A DNA stretch of 32,000 nt, from the sequence record CM123846.1; one strand, written 5' to 3'. Shown one piece after another: positions 18,556-26,156 of this stretch. The translations under genes were made by a program, and so were the position numbers. How positions within the stretch are numbered: the stretch's first letter is position 1; each line of letters begins with the position of its first letter. Below the pieces are notes generated by a model. That model did not search any database. It was not told the origin of the DNA and saw only the letters and a list, made by a program, of their open reading frames with translations.

Positions 18556-18804
18556 ATGGCTACTGGAACTACATCAAAAGTAAAATCAGCAAATCAAGAA
18601 TCAGGTCTAGTAACACCATTAGGTACATTACTAAAACCATTAAATTCTGAATATGGTAAAGTTGCTCCAGGTTGGGGTACAACAGTTGTTATGGGTGTTT
18701 TTATGGCTTTATTTGCTATTTTCTTAGTAATTATTTTAGAGATTTATAATAGTTCAGTAATTTTAGACGATGTTACAATGAGTTGGACATCTCTTGCAAA
18801 ATAA
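18556..18804 (+). CDS. psbH: photosystem II phosphoprotein H
   Basis: 82-aa ORF. ...[22 protein letters not shown]... followed by a single TM helix. N-terminal Thr residues are typical of PsbH. Confidence 0.95.
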   Translation: MATGTTSKVKSANQESGLVTPLGTLLKPLNSEYGKVAPGWGTTVVMGVFMALFAIFLVIILEIYNSSVILDDVTMSWTSLAK

Positions 18805-18823
18805 AGTTAATTAAACAAATTAT

Positions 18824-18854
18824 AGAGATTACTCTCTAATCAAGAGTAATCTCT
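18824..18854 (+). terminator. 12-bp inverted repeat downstream of psbH (3' stem-loop)
   Basis: AGAGATTACTCT (18824-18835) pairs with AGAGTAATCTCT (18843-18854), with a 7-nt loop. Confidence 0.5.
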
Positions 18855-18878
18855 GAATATTACTAAATACTATCTAAT

Positions 18879-19149
18879 TGGGGATAGAGAGACTTGAACT
18901 CTCACGATTCAATGAATCAACGGATTTTCAGTTTGAAAACTGGACTCTCTCTTTATCCAAATTTTTTTTTGGATAGCTCCCGTCGAGTCTCTGCACCTTT
19001 TAAATTAAATATTTAAATTGGCTCAAGATTGCTTTAAAAAAAGTTTCCTTGAATTTGAGAGCATTCACTTAATAAATTTCTCTATTAAGGCTCAATATTA
19101 TAACTTGACCCTTTAAGTCCGTTGCGTCTACCAATTCCGCCATATCCCC
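18879..19149 (-). tRNA. trnL(UAA): tRNA-Leu (anticodon UAA) interrupted by a group I intron
   Basis: 5' exon 19115-19149 is GGGGATATGGCGGAATTGGTAGACGCAACGGACTT. 3' exon 18879-18928 is AAAATCCGTTGATTCATTGAATCGTGAGAGTTCAAGTCTCTCTATCCCCA. The joined exons give an 85-nt class II tRNA with anticodon loop CTTAAAA. Confidence 0.93.
18929..19114 (-). ncRNA. group I intron in the trnL(UAA) anticodon loop (between U34 and A35), no ORF
   Basis: 186 nt at the canonical insertion site. It ends in G before the 3' exon. The conserved catalytic-core string GGTGCAGAGACTCGACGGGAGCT lies at 18975-18997 on the minus strand. Confidence 0.85.
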
Positions 19150-19269
19150 TATATATATATTATGATTATAACATAAGAATTATGTATATGTAAATATAAT
19201 AATAATAAATATATTATTTGTAATTTTTCTTATTACAATGTAAAATATATTTAGATATTGAAAGTATCA

Positions 19270-19351
19270 GGGTCGATGTCCGAGTGGTTAATGGAGGCGG
19301 ATTGTAAATCCGTTGGCTTTGCCTACGCTGGTTCAAATCCAGCTCGGCCCA
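19270..19351 (+). tRNA. trnY(GUA): tRNA-Tyr (anticodon GUA)
   Basis: GGGTCGATGTCCGAGTGGTTAATGGAGGCGGATTGTAAATCCGTTGGCTTTGCCTACGCTGGTTCAAATCCAGCTCGGCCCA. Acceptor GGGTCGA/TCGGCCC, with a long variable arm. Confidence 0.9.
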
Positions 19352-19361
19352 AACTATAATA

Positions 19362-19392
19362 TTTCTTATGGATAGATTAATTTCCATAAGAA
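19362..19392. terminator. 11-bp inverted repeat between convergent trnY and psbM
   Basis: TTTCTTATGGA (19362-19372) pairs with TCCATAAGAAA (19382-19392), with a 9-nt loop. Confidence 0.5.
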
Positions 19393-19398
19393 AAACTT

Positions 19399-19506
19399 TT
19401 TATTTTTCTTCATTACTTGCTGTTTTAACGTATAAAATTAGTAAGAATGATGTTGGGATAATAATAAATAGCGCTGTTGCAATTAAGCCTAAAATATTTA
19501 CTTCCA
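19399..19506 (-). CDS. psbM: photosystem II protein M
   Basis: 35-codon ORF read by hand: [35 protein letters not shown]. It matches the PsbM consensus [29 protein letters not shown]. Confidence 0.92.
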
Positions 19507-19651
19507 TGAAGGTTAACTCCAAATATACATAAAAATCAAGTCGAACAAGTTTTTACTTGATTATTAATTTAGCTGTTAATATTTATTGTACTAGAAAATT
19601 CTGAAAAATAAAAAGTTTTTAATAAATATATTTATTCAATATAGTTAATAT

Positions 19652-19738
19652 CGGAGAAGGGGGGATTCGAACCCCCGGTAGTCTCGCAACTACGCCGGTT
19701 TTCAAAACCGGTGCAATCAACCACTCTGCCACCTCTCC
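19652..19738 (-). tRNA. trnS(UGA): tRNA-Ser (anticodon UGA)
   Basis: GGAGAGGTGGCAGAGTGGTTGATTGCACCGGTTTTGAAAACCGG...GGGGGTTCGAATCCCCCCTTCTCCG. Anticodon loop TTTGAAA, with a long variable arm. Confidence 0.9.
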
Positions 19739-19740
19739 TA

Positions 19741-19813
19741 AGCGGGTAACGCGACTCGAACGCGCGACATGCACCTTGGCAAGGTGCCGCTCTACCAACT
19801 GAGCTATACCCGC
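19741..19813 (-). tRNA. trnG(GCC): tRNA-Gly (anticodon GCC)
   Basis: GCGGGTATAGCTCAGTTGGTAGAGCGGCACCTTGCCAAGGTGCATGTCGCGCGTTCGAGTCGCGTTACCCGCT, 73 nt with a full cloverleaf. Only 2 nt separate it from trnS. Confidence 0.9.
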
Positions 19814-19928
19814 GTTAAAAGTACATTTATATTTGTACCATAAATTGTTTTAAATTGCAACTAATTTATAAATAAATATATAATTATTGACATTTATTAA
19901 ATTTTATAATAACCTTATAACTAAGGTT

Positions 19929-20002
19929 TAGCGGAGTAGAGCAGTCTGGTAGCTCGTAAGGCTCATAACCTTAAGGTCGTAGGTTCGAATCCTACCTCCG
20001 CT
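19929..20002 (+). tRNA. trnfM(CAU): initiator-type tRNA-Met (anticodon CAU)
   Basis: AGCGGAGTAGAGCAGTCTGGTAGCTCGTAAGGCTCATAACCTTAAGGTCGTAGGTTCGAATCCTACCTCCGCTC is nearly collinear with bacterial and plastid tRNA-fMet (GTAGAGCAG.CTGGTAGCTCG...GGCTCATAACC...AAGGTCG). Position 1:72 is A:U and the apparent discriminator is C. Confidence 0.82.
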
Positions 20003-20019
20003 CAGGTTAAAACTAAACT

Positions 20020-20049
20020 ATTGACAATATAAAAAAAAAAGTATATTAT
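20020..20049 (+). promoter_or_regulatory. candidate sigma70-type (PEP) promoter for trnE: TTGACA-N18-TATTAT
   Basis: A perfect -35 TTGACA lies at 20020-20025, followed by an 18-nt spacer and TATTAT at 20044-20049. trnE starts at 20061, 11 nt after the -10. Confidence 0.4.
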
Positions 20050-20060
20050 GTATATAAAAA

Positions 20061-20133
20061 GCCCCCATCGTCTAGAGGCCTAGGACATCTCCCTTTCACG
20101 GAGGAAACGGGGATTCGAATTCCCCTGGGGGTA
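20061..20133 (+). tRNA. trnE(UUC): tRNA-Glu (anticodon UUC)
   Basis: GCCCCCATCGTCTAGAGGCCTAGGACATCTCCCTTTCACGGAGGAAACGGGGATTCGAATTCCCCTGGGGGTA. It has the G1:U72 pair typical of plastid trnE. Confidence 0.92.
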
Positions 20134-20144
20134 AACCTAACTTT

Positions 20145-20174
20145 ATCTTATCTACTATTGCCAGTAGACAAGAT
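20145..20174 (+). terminator. imperfect inverted repeat downstream of trnE
   Basis: ATCTTATCTACT (20145-20156) pairs with AGTAGACAAGAT (20163-20174): 12 bp with one mismatch and a 6-nt loop. Confidence 0.35.
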
Positions 20175-20321
20175 TGAAATAAACTACTACAATGATCAAA
20201 TAAAACATAGTAAAAAGTTTTCTCTTTTTTCTATGAAAATCTCTTAAAAAGTGCTCTTAAATACATTTTTTATGGGAAAAATTATTATAATTTAAACTAA
20301 ATTAATTATAGGAGAGCATAA

Positions 20322-20669
20322 ATGACTCGTGTTAAACGTGGTAATGTTGCTCGAAAACGACGTAAAGAAGTACTAAATTTAGCAAGTGGATTTAGAGGTT
20401 CGTCATCACGTCTGTTTCGTACTGCTCAACAACAAACTATGAAAGCATTACGATATGCTTATCGAGATCGTAAACAAAGAAAACGTGAATATACAAGTTT
20501 ATGGATTTCACGCTTAAATGCAGCAGCTAGACAACATGGAATGAATTACAATTCATTACGCCATCAATTAAAAAAATCAAATATTATTTTGAATCGAAAA
20601 GTATTAAGTCAAGTCGCAATTCGTGATCAAGAAGCATTTAATCAATTAATTGCACAAATTCAAGATTAA
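20322..20669 (+). CDS. rpl20: ribosomal protein L20
   Basis: 115-aa [41 protein letters not shown]... A Shine-Dalgarno AGGAG lies at 20310-20314, 7 nt before the ATG. Confidence 0.96.
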   Translation: MTRVKRGNVARKRRKEVLNLASGFRGSSSRLFRTAQQQTMKALRYAYRDRKQRKREYTSLWISRLNAAARQHGMNYNSLRHQLKKSNIILNRKVLSQVAIRDQEAFNQLIAQIQD

Positions 20670-20725
20670 TTTGTTTCATATGAATATTTGATTCAAATAA
20701 AATACTTTGGAGGTAACTTCTAAAT

Positions 20726-21022
20726 ATGAATCAACCTAAATTAGGTAAGCGTGGATTTAAATCAAAACGCAAACCGGTGCCTGTTGTAATTGCAAAGCCT
20801 GGGGATCGTAAATTGTGGAATACTAATCAACCTGCACCACGTTCAACAATTGATTATAAAAATACAAAATTATTAATTAAGTTTATTAGTCCACAAGGAA
20901 AAATTCTGCCACGACGTGCAACAGGTTTAACAGCAAAACAACAACGTGCAATGGCTACAGCTATTAAACGTGCACGTATGAGTGGTTTATTACCTTTTGT
21001 TAATTTAGAAATTAACAAATAA
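20726..21022 (+). CDS. rps18: ribosomal protein S18
   Basis: 98-aa ORF. The conserved core is [55 protein letters not shown] lies at 20709-20713. Confidence 0.94.
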   Translation: MNQPKLGKRGFKSKRKPVPVVIAKPGDRKLWNTNQPAPRSTIDYKNTKLLIKFISPQGKILPRRATGLTAKQQRAMATAIKRARMSGLLPFVNLEINK

Positions 21023-21044
21023 AAATTTTCTCAATAAAACAATC

Positions 21045-21073
21045 AAAAATACTACCACTTAAGTATTTTTTTT
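21045..21073 (+). terminator. stem-loop plus T-tract downstream of rps18 (intrinsic-terminator-like)
   Basis: AAAAATACT (21045-21053) pairs with AGTATTTTT (21062-21070), and the T run continues to 21073. It lies 22 nt after the rps18 stop. Confidence 0.4.
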
Positions 21074-21113
21074 GAGACAATACAATAAATACAGTTACAA
21101 AAAAAAAATTCAT

Positions 21114-21186
21114 CACGCCTTGTAGGACTTGAACCCACGACATCAGGTTTTGGAAACCTGCGTTCTACCAACTGAACTAAAGGCGT
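21114..21186 (-). tRNA. trnW(CCA): tRNA-Trp (anticodon CCA)
   Basis: ACGCCTTTAGTTCAGTTGGTAGAACGCAGGTTTCCAAAACCTGATGTCGTGGGTTCAAGTCCTACAAGGCGTG, 73 nt with a full cloverleaf. Confidence 0.9.
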
Positions 21187-21188
21187 TT

Positions 21189-21262
21189 TCGGGATGACAG
21201 GATTCGAACCTGCGACCTCCTGTTCCCAAAACAGGAGCGCTACCAAACTGCGCTACATCCCG
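21189..21262 (-). tRNA. trnP(UGG): tRNA-Pro (anticodon UGG)
   Basis: CGGGATGTAGCGCAGTTTGGTAGCGCTCCTGTTTTGGGAACAGGAGGTCGCAGGTTCGAATCCTGTCATCCCGA, 74 nt. It lies 2 nt upstream of trnW. Confidence 0.9.
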
Positions 21263-21374
21263 ATACTGTGTTACAGTTATTTGTTTATAGTACCTAAGGC
21301 GCTAAACTTTTGCAAGGGGTTTATATTTCTTTGTGAAATTGATGAATTTCATAATTAATTTGGAGAAAGCAAAT

Positions 21375-21500
21375 ATGAAGGATTTTACAACATACTTATC
21401 TACAGCACCAGTTCTTGCTCTTGTAAGCTTAACAGCTGTAGCAGGTTTATTAATTGAAATTAATCGCTATTTCCCAGATGCATTAATTCTTGCGTTTTAA
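21375..21500 (+). CDS. psaJ: photosystem I subunit IX
   Basis: 41-codon ORF read by hand: [41 protein letters not shown]. It has the PsaJ signature YLS.APV...[17 protein letters not shown] lies 9 nt upstream. Confidence 0.92.
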   Translation: MKDFTTYLSTAPVLALVSLTAVAGLLIEINRYFPDALILAF

Positions 21501-21508
21501 TTAGAATA

Positions 21509-21552
21509 AAAATTCTATATTAATTTTACTCATAAAATTAATATAGAATTTT
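21509..21552 (+). terminator. perfect 19-bp inverted repeat downstream of psaJ
   Basis: AAAATTCTATATTAATTTT (21509-21527) pairs with AAAATTAATATAGAATTTT (21534-21552), with a 6-nt loop. Confidence 0.55.
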
Positions 21553-21650
21553 GAATAACTGTATAAATACTTATTGAGAATATTTTACTAGTAATTTTAC
21601 TTTAAAAAAATTAAATACTATTTAATAAATCTATTATTATATTTAATAAT

Positions 21651-22016
21651 ATGCCAACTATTCAACAATTAGTTCGTTCTGCTCGAACAAAAATATCAAA
21701 ACCAACCAAATCAGCAGCATTAAAGCAATGCCCACAACGTCGCGGTGTATGTACACGTGTTTATACAACAACACCAAAGAAACCAAATTCGGCTTTAAGA
21801 AAAGTCGCTCGTGTTCGTTTATCATCAGGATTTGAAGTTACAGCTTATATTCCTGGAATTGGCCATAATTTACAAGAACATTCAGTTGTTTTAGTACGCG
21901 GTGGTCGAGTTAAAGATTTACCTGGGGTACGTTATCATATTGTTCGTGGAACATTAGATACTGCTGGTGTTAAAGAACGTTCACAAGGCCGTTCTAAATA
22001 TGGTGTAAAAAAATAG
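21651..22016 (+). CDS. rps12: ribosomal protein S12 (contiguous, not trans-spliced)
   Basis: 121-aa [60 protein letters not shown]... Confidence 0.97.
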   Translation: MPTIQQLVRSARTKISKPTKSAALKQCPQRRGVCTRVYTTTPKKPNSALRKVARVRLSSGFEVTAYIPGIGHNLQEHSVVLVRGGRVKDLPGVRYHIVRGTLDTAGVKERSQGRSKYGVKK

Positions 22017-22045
22017 AATTAAAATTATATATTAATTAGAAATTT

Positions 22046-22516
22046 ATGTCTCGTCGACGTACTCAAAAAAAACGTAGTGTAATGCCCGATCCGGTATATG
22101 ATAGCCGTCTAATAGAATTAATCGTTCGTCAAATTATGCGTAAAGGGAAAAAATCTTTAGCATATAAAATTATGTATGAAACTATGACACAAATTGCTGA
22201 GACTACTCAACAAGACCCATTAGTAGTTATTGAACAAGCAATTCGTAATGCAACGCCATTAGTTGAAGTTAAAGCACGTCGTGTTGGAGGATCAACGTAT
22301 CAAGTTCCTTTAGAAGTATTACCAGAACGAGGAACAGCTCTTGCAATCCGTTGGATTTTAGCAGCTTGTCGTGTTAAATCAGGTCGTCCAATGACAATAA
22401 AGTTAACGTCTGAATTAATTGAAGCTTCAAAAAATTCTGGAAGTGCAATCCGAAAACGTGATGAAGTACATAAAATGGCAGAAGCTAATAAAGCATTTGC
22501 TAAATATCGATTTTAA
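22046..22516 (+). CDS. rps7: ribosomal protein S7
   Basis: 156-aa [47 protein letters not shown]...[16 protein letters not shown]. Confidence 0.96.
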   Translation: MSRRRTQKKRSVMPDPVYDSRLIELIVRQIMRKGKKSLAYKIMYETMTQIAETTQQDPLVVIEQAIRNATPLVEVKARRVGGSTYQVPLEVLPERGTALAIRWILAACRVKSGRPMTIKLTSELIEASKNSGSAIRKRDEVHKMAEANKAFAKYRF

Positions 22517-22584
22517 ATAATTGATATTTAATCAAGATCAAATTTATTTAAATTTTTGAAAAAAATATACACAAGGAAATTAAA

Positions 22585-23814
22585 ATGGCACGTGAAAAAT
22601 TTGAACGTAGTAAACCACATATTAACATTGGAACAATCGGCCACGTTGATCATGGAAAAACAACATTAACAGCTGCTATTACAATGGCACTAGCATTACG
22701 TGGTGGTGGTAAAGGTCAAAAATATGACGATATTGATTCAGCACCAGAAGAAAAAGCACGTGGTATTACTATTAATACTGCACATGTTGAATATGAAACA
22801 GAAAATCGTCATTATGCCCACGTAGATTGTCCAGGTCATGCTGATTATGTAAAAAATATGATTACTGGAGCAGCACAAATGGATGGAGCAATTTTAGTTG
22901 TATCAGGTGCTGATGGTCCAATGCCACAAACGAAAGAACACTTATTATTAGCTAAGCAAGTAGGTGTACCAAATATTGTTGTTTTCTTAAATAAAGAAGA
23001 TCAAGTAGATGATCCTGAATTATTAGAATTAGTTGAACTAGAAATTCGTGAAACATTAGATAAATACGAATTCCCTGGGGATGATATTCCAATTGTTTCA
23101 GGTTCTGCTTTATTAGCATTAGAAGCATTAACAGAAGCTGAAACAATTGATCGTGGTCAAAATGAGTGGGTTGATAAAATTTATGCATTAATGGATGAAG
23201 TAGACTCATATATTCCAACACCAGAACGTGCAACAGACAAACCATTCTTAATGGCAGTTGAAGATGTATTCTCAATTACTGGTCGTGGTACAGTAGCAAC
23301 TGGTCGTGTAGAACGTGGTTTAGTAAAAATCGGTGATACAGTGGAAATTGTTGGTTTACGTGATACACGTTCAACAACAGTAACTGGTTTAGAAATGTTC
23401 CAAAAAACATTAGACGAAAGTGTTGCCGGTGATAATGTTGGAGTATTACTACGTGGTGTTCAAAAAGAGGACATTGAACGTGGAATGGTACTTGCACAAC
23501 CAGGTAGTATCACACCACATACCGAATTTGAAGCACAAGTATATGTACTAACAAAAGAAGAAGGTGGTCGTCATACTCCATTCTTCCCGGGTTACCGTCC
23601 ACAGTTTTATGTACGAACTACTGATGTTACTGGAAAAATTGAATCATTCCGTGCAGATGATGATAGTGAAACACAAATGGTAATGCCAGGTGATCGTATT
23701 AAAATGAATGTATCTTTAATTCAACCAATTGCCATTGAAAAAGGTATGCGCTTTGCAATCCGTGAAGGTGGGCGTACCGTAGGTGCTGGTGTTGTAAGTA
23801 CTATTACAAAATAA
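22585..23814 (+). CDS. tufA: translation elongation factor Tu
   Basis: 409-aa ORF. G motifs [17 protein letters not shown] and NKED. It completes the rps12-rps7-tufA str-operon order. Confidence 0.98.
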   Translation: MAREKFERSKPHINIGTIGHVDHGKTTLTAAITMALALRGGGKGQKYDDIDSAPEEKARGITINTAHVEYETENRHYAHVDCPGHADYVKNMITGAAQMDGAILVVSGADGPMPQTKEHLLLAKQVGVPNIVVFLNKEDQVDDPELLELVELEIRETLDKYEFPGDDIPIVSGSALLALEALTEAETIDRGQNEWVDKIYALMDEVDSYIPTPERATDKPFLMAVEDVFSITGRGTVATGRVERGLVKIGDTVEIVGLRDTRSTTVTGLEMFQKTLDESVAGDNVGVLLRGVQKEDIERGMVLAQPGSITPHTEFEAQVYVLTKEEGGRHTPFFPGYRPQFYVRTTDVTGKIESFRADDDSETQMVMPGDRIKMNVSLIQPIAIEKGMRFAIREGGRTVGAGVVSTITK

Positions 23815-23827
23815 TCCAGTCCGTTCT

Positions 23828-23867
23828 TTCTATAATTTTATCGATTTTTATCGATAAAATTATAGAA
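23828..23867 (+). terminator. 18-bp perfect inverted repeat downstream of tufA
   Basis: TTCTATAATTTTATCGAT (23828-23845) pairs with ATCGATAAAATTATAGAA (23850-23867), with a TTTT loop. It lies 13 nt after the tufA stop. Confidence 0.55.
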
Positions 23868-23910
23868 TATATATTAATTAATATTTTAATTTGAAAAAAA
23901 AAAAATTATT

Positions 23911-24297
23911 ATGACAAAGCTTCACGAAGTTGTTGAAAATATTAAATCTGGAACAATTCGATCAGATATTCCAGAAATCAAAATTGGAGATTTAGTACGC
24001 GTTGGCGTAGCAATTCAAGAAGGAAATAAAGAACGTATTCAACCTTTTGAAGGCACTGTAATATCCCGTCATTTAGCTGGTTCAGAAAGTAGTATTACAA
24101 TTCGAAAAACATTGCAGGGTATTGGCGTTGAACGTGTATTTCCATTACATGCGCCATGTTTAAAAAGTATTGAAGTATTGCGTCGTGCTGAAGTTGCCCG
24201 TGCTAAACTATATTATTTACGTAATAGAACTGGAAAAGCAACACGTTTAAAACAAAAGTTTGAAACTTTACCAAAACCTTGGAAAACTGACAATTAA
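23911..24297 (+). CDS. rpl19: ribosomal protein L19
   Basis: 128-aa ORF. Conserved L19 blocks IGDLVRVGVAIQEGNKERIQPFEGTVISRH and IRKTLQGIGVERVFPLHAPCLKSIEVLRR. Confidence 0.93.
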   Translation: MTKLHEVVENIKSGTIRSDIPEIKIGDLVRVGVAIQEGNKERIQPFEGTVISRHLAGSESSITIRKTLQGIGVERVFPLHAPCLKSIEVLRRAEVARAKLYYLRNRTGKATRLKQKFETLPKPWKTDN

Positions 24298-24309
24298 TCA
24301 AATTTTTTT

Positions 24310-24852
24310 ATGAAAAAATCACTTTATTATACAGTACCAGGTGCAAGACGATTAAGTAATTATATTTGGGGTACTATTTTAACAATTGGTGGTCTTGGTT
24401 TTTTATTAACGGGTGTATCTTGTTATTTAAATTATGCAATTTTACCTTTTATTAATATACAAACAATTCAATTTTTTCCTCAAGGATTAGTAATGTCCTT
24501 TTATGGAATTCTTGGTTTATCTCTAAGTATTTATATTTGGTTAATTATTTTATGGGATTTAGGCCAAGGTTATAATGAATTTAATCTTGAAACCGGCGAA
24601 ATACAAATTTTTCGATGGGGCTTTCCAGGTAAAAATAGACGTATTAATCTAAAATACCTAATTAGTGAGGTACAAAGTATTCGAGTTGAGATTAAAGAAG
24701 GGATTAACCCTAGACGAGTGATTTATTTAAAGTTACGTGGTAATCGTGAAATCCCATTAACAAGAGCAGGCCAACCAATTAGTATTCAAGAACTTGAAAA
24801 CCAAGCAGCAGAATTGGCTCGTGTATTACAAGTGTCATTAGAAGGAATTTAA
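24310..24852 (+). CDS. ycf4: photosystem I assembly protein Ycf4
   Basis: 180-aa ORF. Two N-terminal TM helices, FFPQGLVMSFYG, and FRWGFPGKNRRINLKYLISEVQSIRVEIKEGINPRRVIYL. Confidence 0.94.
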   Translation: MKKSLYYTVPGARRLSNYIWGTILTIGGLGFLLTGVSCYLNYAILPFINIQTIQFFPQGLVMSFYGILGLSLSIYIWLIILWDLGQGYNEFNLETGEIQIFRWGFPGKNRRINLKYLISEVQSIRVEIKEGINPRRVIYLKLRGNREIPLTRAGQPISIQELENQAAELARVLQVSLEGI

Positions 24853-24871
24853 TATTTTTAAAAATTAATTT

Positions 24872-25702
24872 ATGGCAAAACGAGCAATTGAACAAACTGG
24901 TTTAATCCCAAGATCGATTATTCGAACTTTTGAAAGATTTAAAAAACAACTTTTTCCTGGTGTTGAGATGTTAGTCATTCAAGAGTTTCGAATATCACGA
25001 TATCAAGTTATTGTTTCTATTCAAGCTTTATTTTTCTTAATTTTTATTCCCATTTTTATAAATTTTATTTCAAAACATTTCATTATTACTCCATTTGTAA
25101 AATATATTTGGAATAAAAATAATGTAGATATATTCTTAAATATTCAACAACAACAATTAGCATTAAATGAATTAAAAGAATTTGAAGAAATCCTATATTT
25201 TGAAAGTTTATTAAGCAATCAAAATTTCGGAGAAAATATATCTAACTTAACAAATTTAGAGTTACAAAACTCAATTAATAAAAAAACAATTGAAATTGCA
25301 TTAACGTATAATGAAGAAAGTATTCAAGCAATTAGTAATTTATTTTCAGATTTTTTAAGTTTAAGTAGTTTAGCAATTGTTTTTGTACTAATAAAAACCC
25401 AATTAATTATTCTTAAATCATTTTTAGCTGAATCATTATATAGTTTAAGTGATACAACTAAATCATTTTTATTAATTTTAAGTACAGATTTATTGGTTGG
25501 GTTTCATTCACCACGAGGTTGGGAAGTTTTCTTAAAATGGGTTTTTTATCATTTTGGTGTTCCAGAAAATGAAGAATTTATGTCATTATTTGTTGCAACA
25601 TTTCCAGTATTTTTAGACACTATTTTTAAATATTGGATTTTTAGATCATTAAATAAAATATCACCGTCAACAGTTGCAACCTATCATAATATGATTGAAT
25701 AA
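24872..25702 (+). CDS. cemA: chloroplast envelope membrane protein CemA (Ycf10)
   Basis: 276-aa ORF. The conserved C-terminal region is DLLVGFHSPRGWEVFLKWVFYHFGVPENEEFMSLFVATFPVFLDTIFKYWIFRSLNKISPSTVATYHNM. Confidence 0.9.
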   Translation: MAKRAIEQTGLIPRSIIRTFERFKKQLFPGVEMLVIQEFRISRYQVIVSIQALFFLIFIPIFINFISKHFIITPFVKYIWNKNNVDIFLNIQQQQLALNELKEFEEILYFESLLSNQNFGENISNLTNLELQNSINKKTIEIALTYNEESIQAISNLFSDFLSLSSLAIVFVLIKTQLIILKSFLAESLYSLSDTTKSFLLILSTDLLVGFHSPRGWEVFLKWVFYHFGVPENEEFMSLFVATFPVFLDTIFKYWIFRSLNKISPSTVATYHNMIE

Positions 25703-25730
25703 TTCGAACAAAAATACAGTTTTGTTCGGA
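25703..25730 (+). terminator. inverted repeat immediately downstream of cemA
   Basis: TTCGAACAAAA (25703-25713) pairs with TTTTGTTCGGA (25720-25730): 9 Watson-Crick pairs, one G:U and one A:U, with a 6-nt loop. A second small stem GGATTT-GGG-AAATCC follows at 25728-25742. Confidence 0.4.
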
Positions 25731-25876
25731 TTTGGGAAATCCTTTTAAACTTTAAATTATAAATACGAACTATTAAATTTATAAAACTTATGTTTCACTT
25801 TATAATGATGATTCTAAATAAATTTATTTATTGAATTTAAATAAATAAATTAAATATTCAAATACATTTATATTTT

Positions 25877-26137
25877 ATGATGCTAGACTTGGTGAAATAT
25901 CCAGTAATTCGCACTGAAAAATCTACACGTTTAATTGAAAATAATCAATTTAGCTTTGATGTAGATATGCGTCTTACAAAACCACAAATTAAAAAATTAA
26001 TTGAAGATTTTTTTGATGTTAAAGTACTGGCAGTTAATACACATCGACCTCCACGTAAATTTAAACGAATGGGTGCGAAATCAAATTATAAACGTGTAAT
26101 TATAACTGTTGATGCAAATGATAGCTTATTAAAATAA
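25877..26137 (+). CDS. rpl23: ribosomal protein L23
   Basis: 86-aa [53 protein letters not shown]... It is first in the rpl23-rpl2-rps19 order. Confidence 0.92.
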   Translation: MMLDLVKYPVIRTEKSTRLIENNQFSFDVDMRLTKPQIKKLIEDFFDVKVLAVNTHRPPRKFKRMGAKSNYKRVIITVDANDSLLK

Positions 26138-26156
26138 TTTTTATTATATATATATT

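Noticed and set aside
21052-21246. 64-aa minus-strand ORF
   Set aside because: It is simply a translation through trnW(CCA) and trnP(UGG). The tRNA cloverleaves explain the sequence fully.
22952-23497. Two minus-strand ORFs (107 and 73 aa) inside tufA
   Set aside because: They are antisense to tufA. Their H/L/Q-rich composition is typical of reverse-frame reading, and there is no support.
25818-25860. AT-only inverted repeat (AATTTATTTATT ... AAATAAATAAATT) upstream of rpl23
   Set aside because: It is composed purely of A/T in a very AT-rich spacer. Such pairings arise by chance and would be thermodynamically weak.
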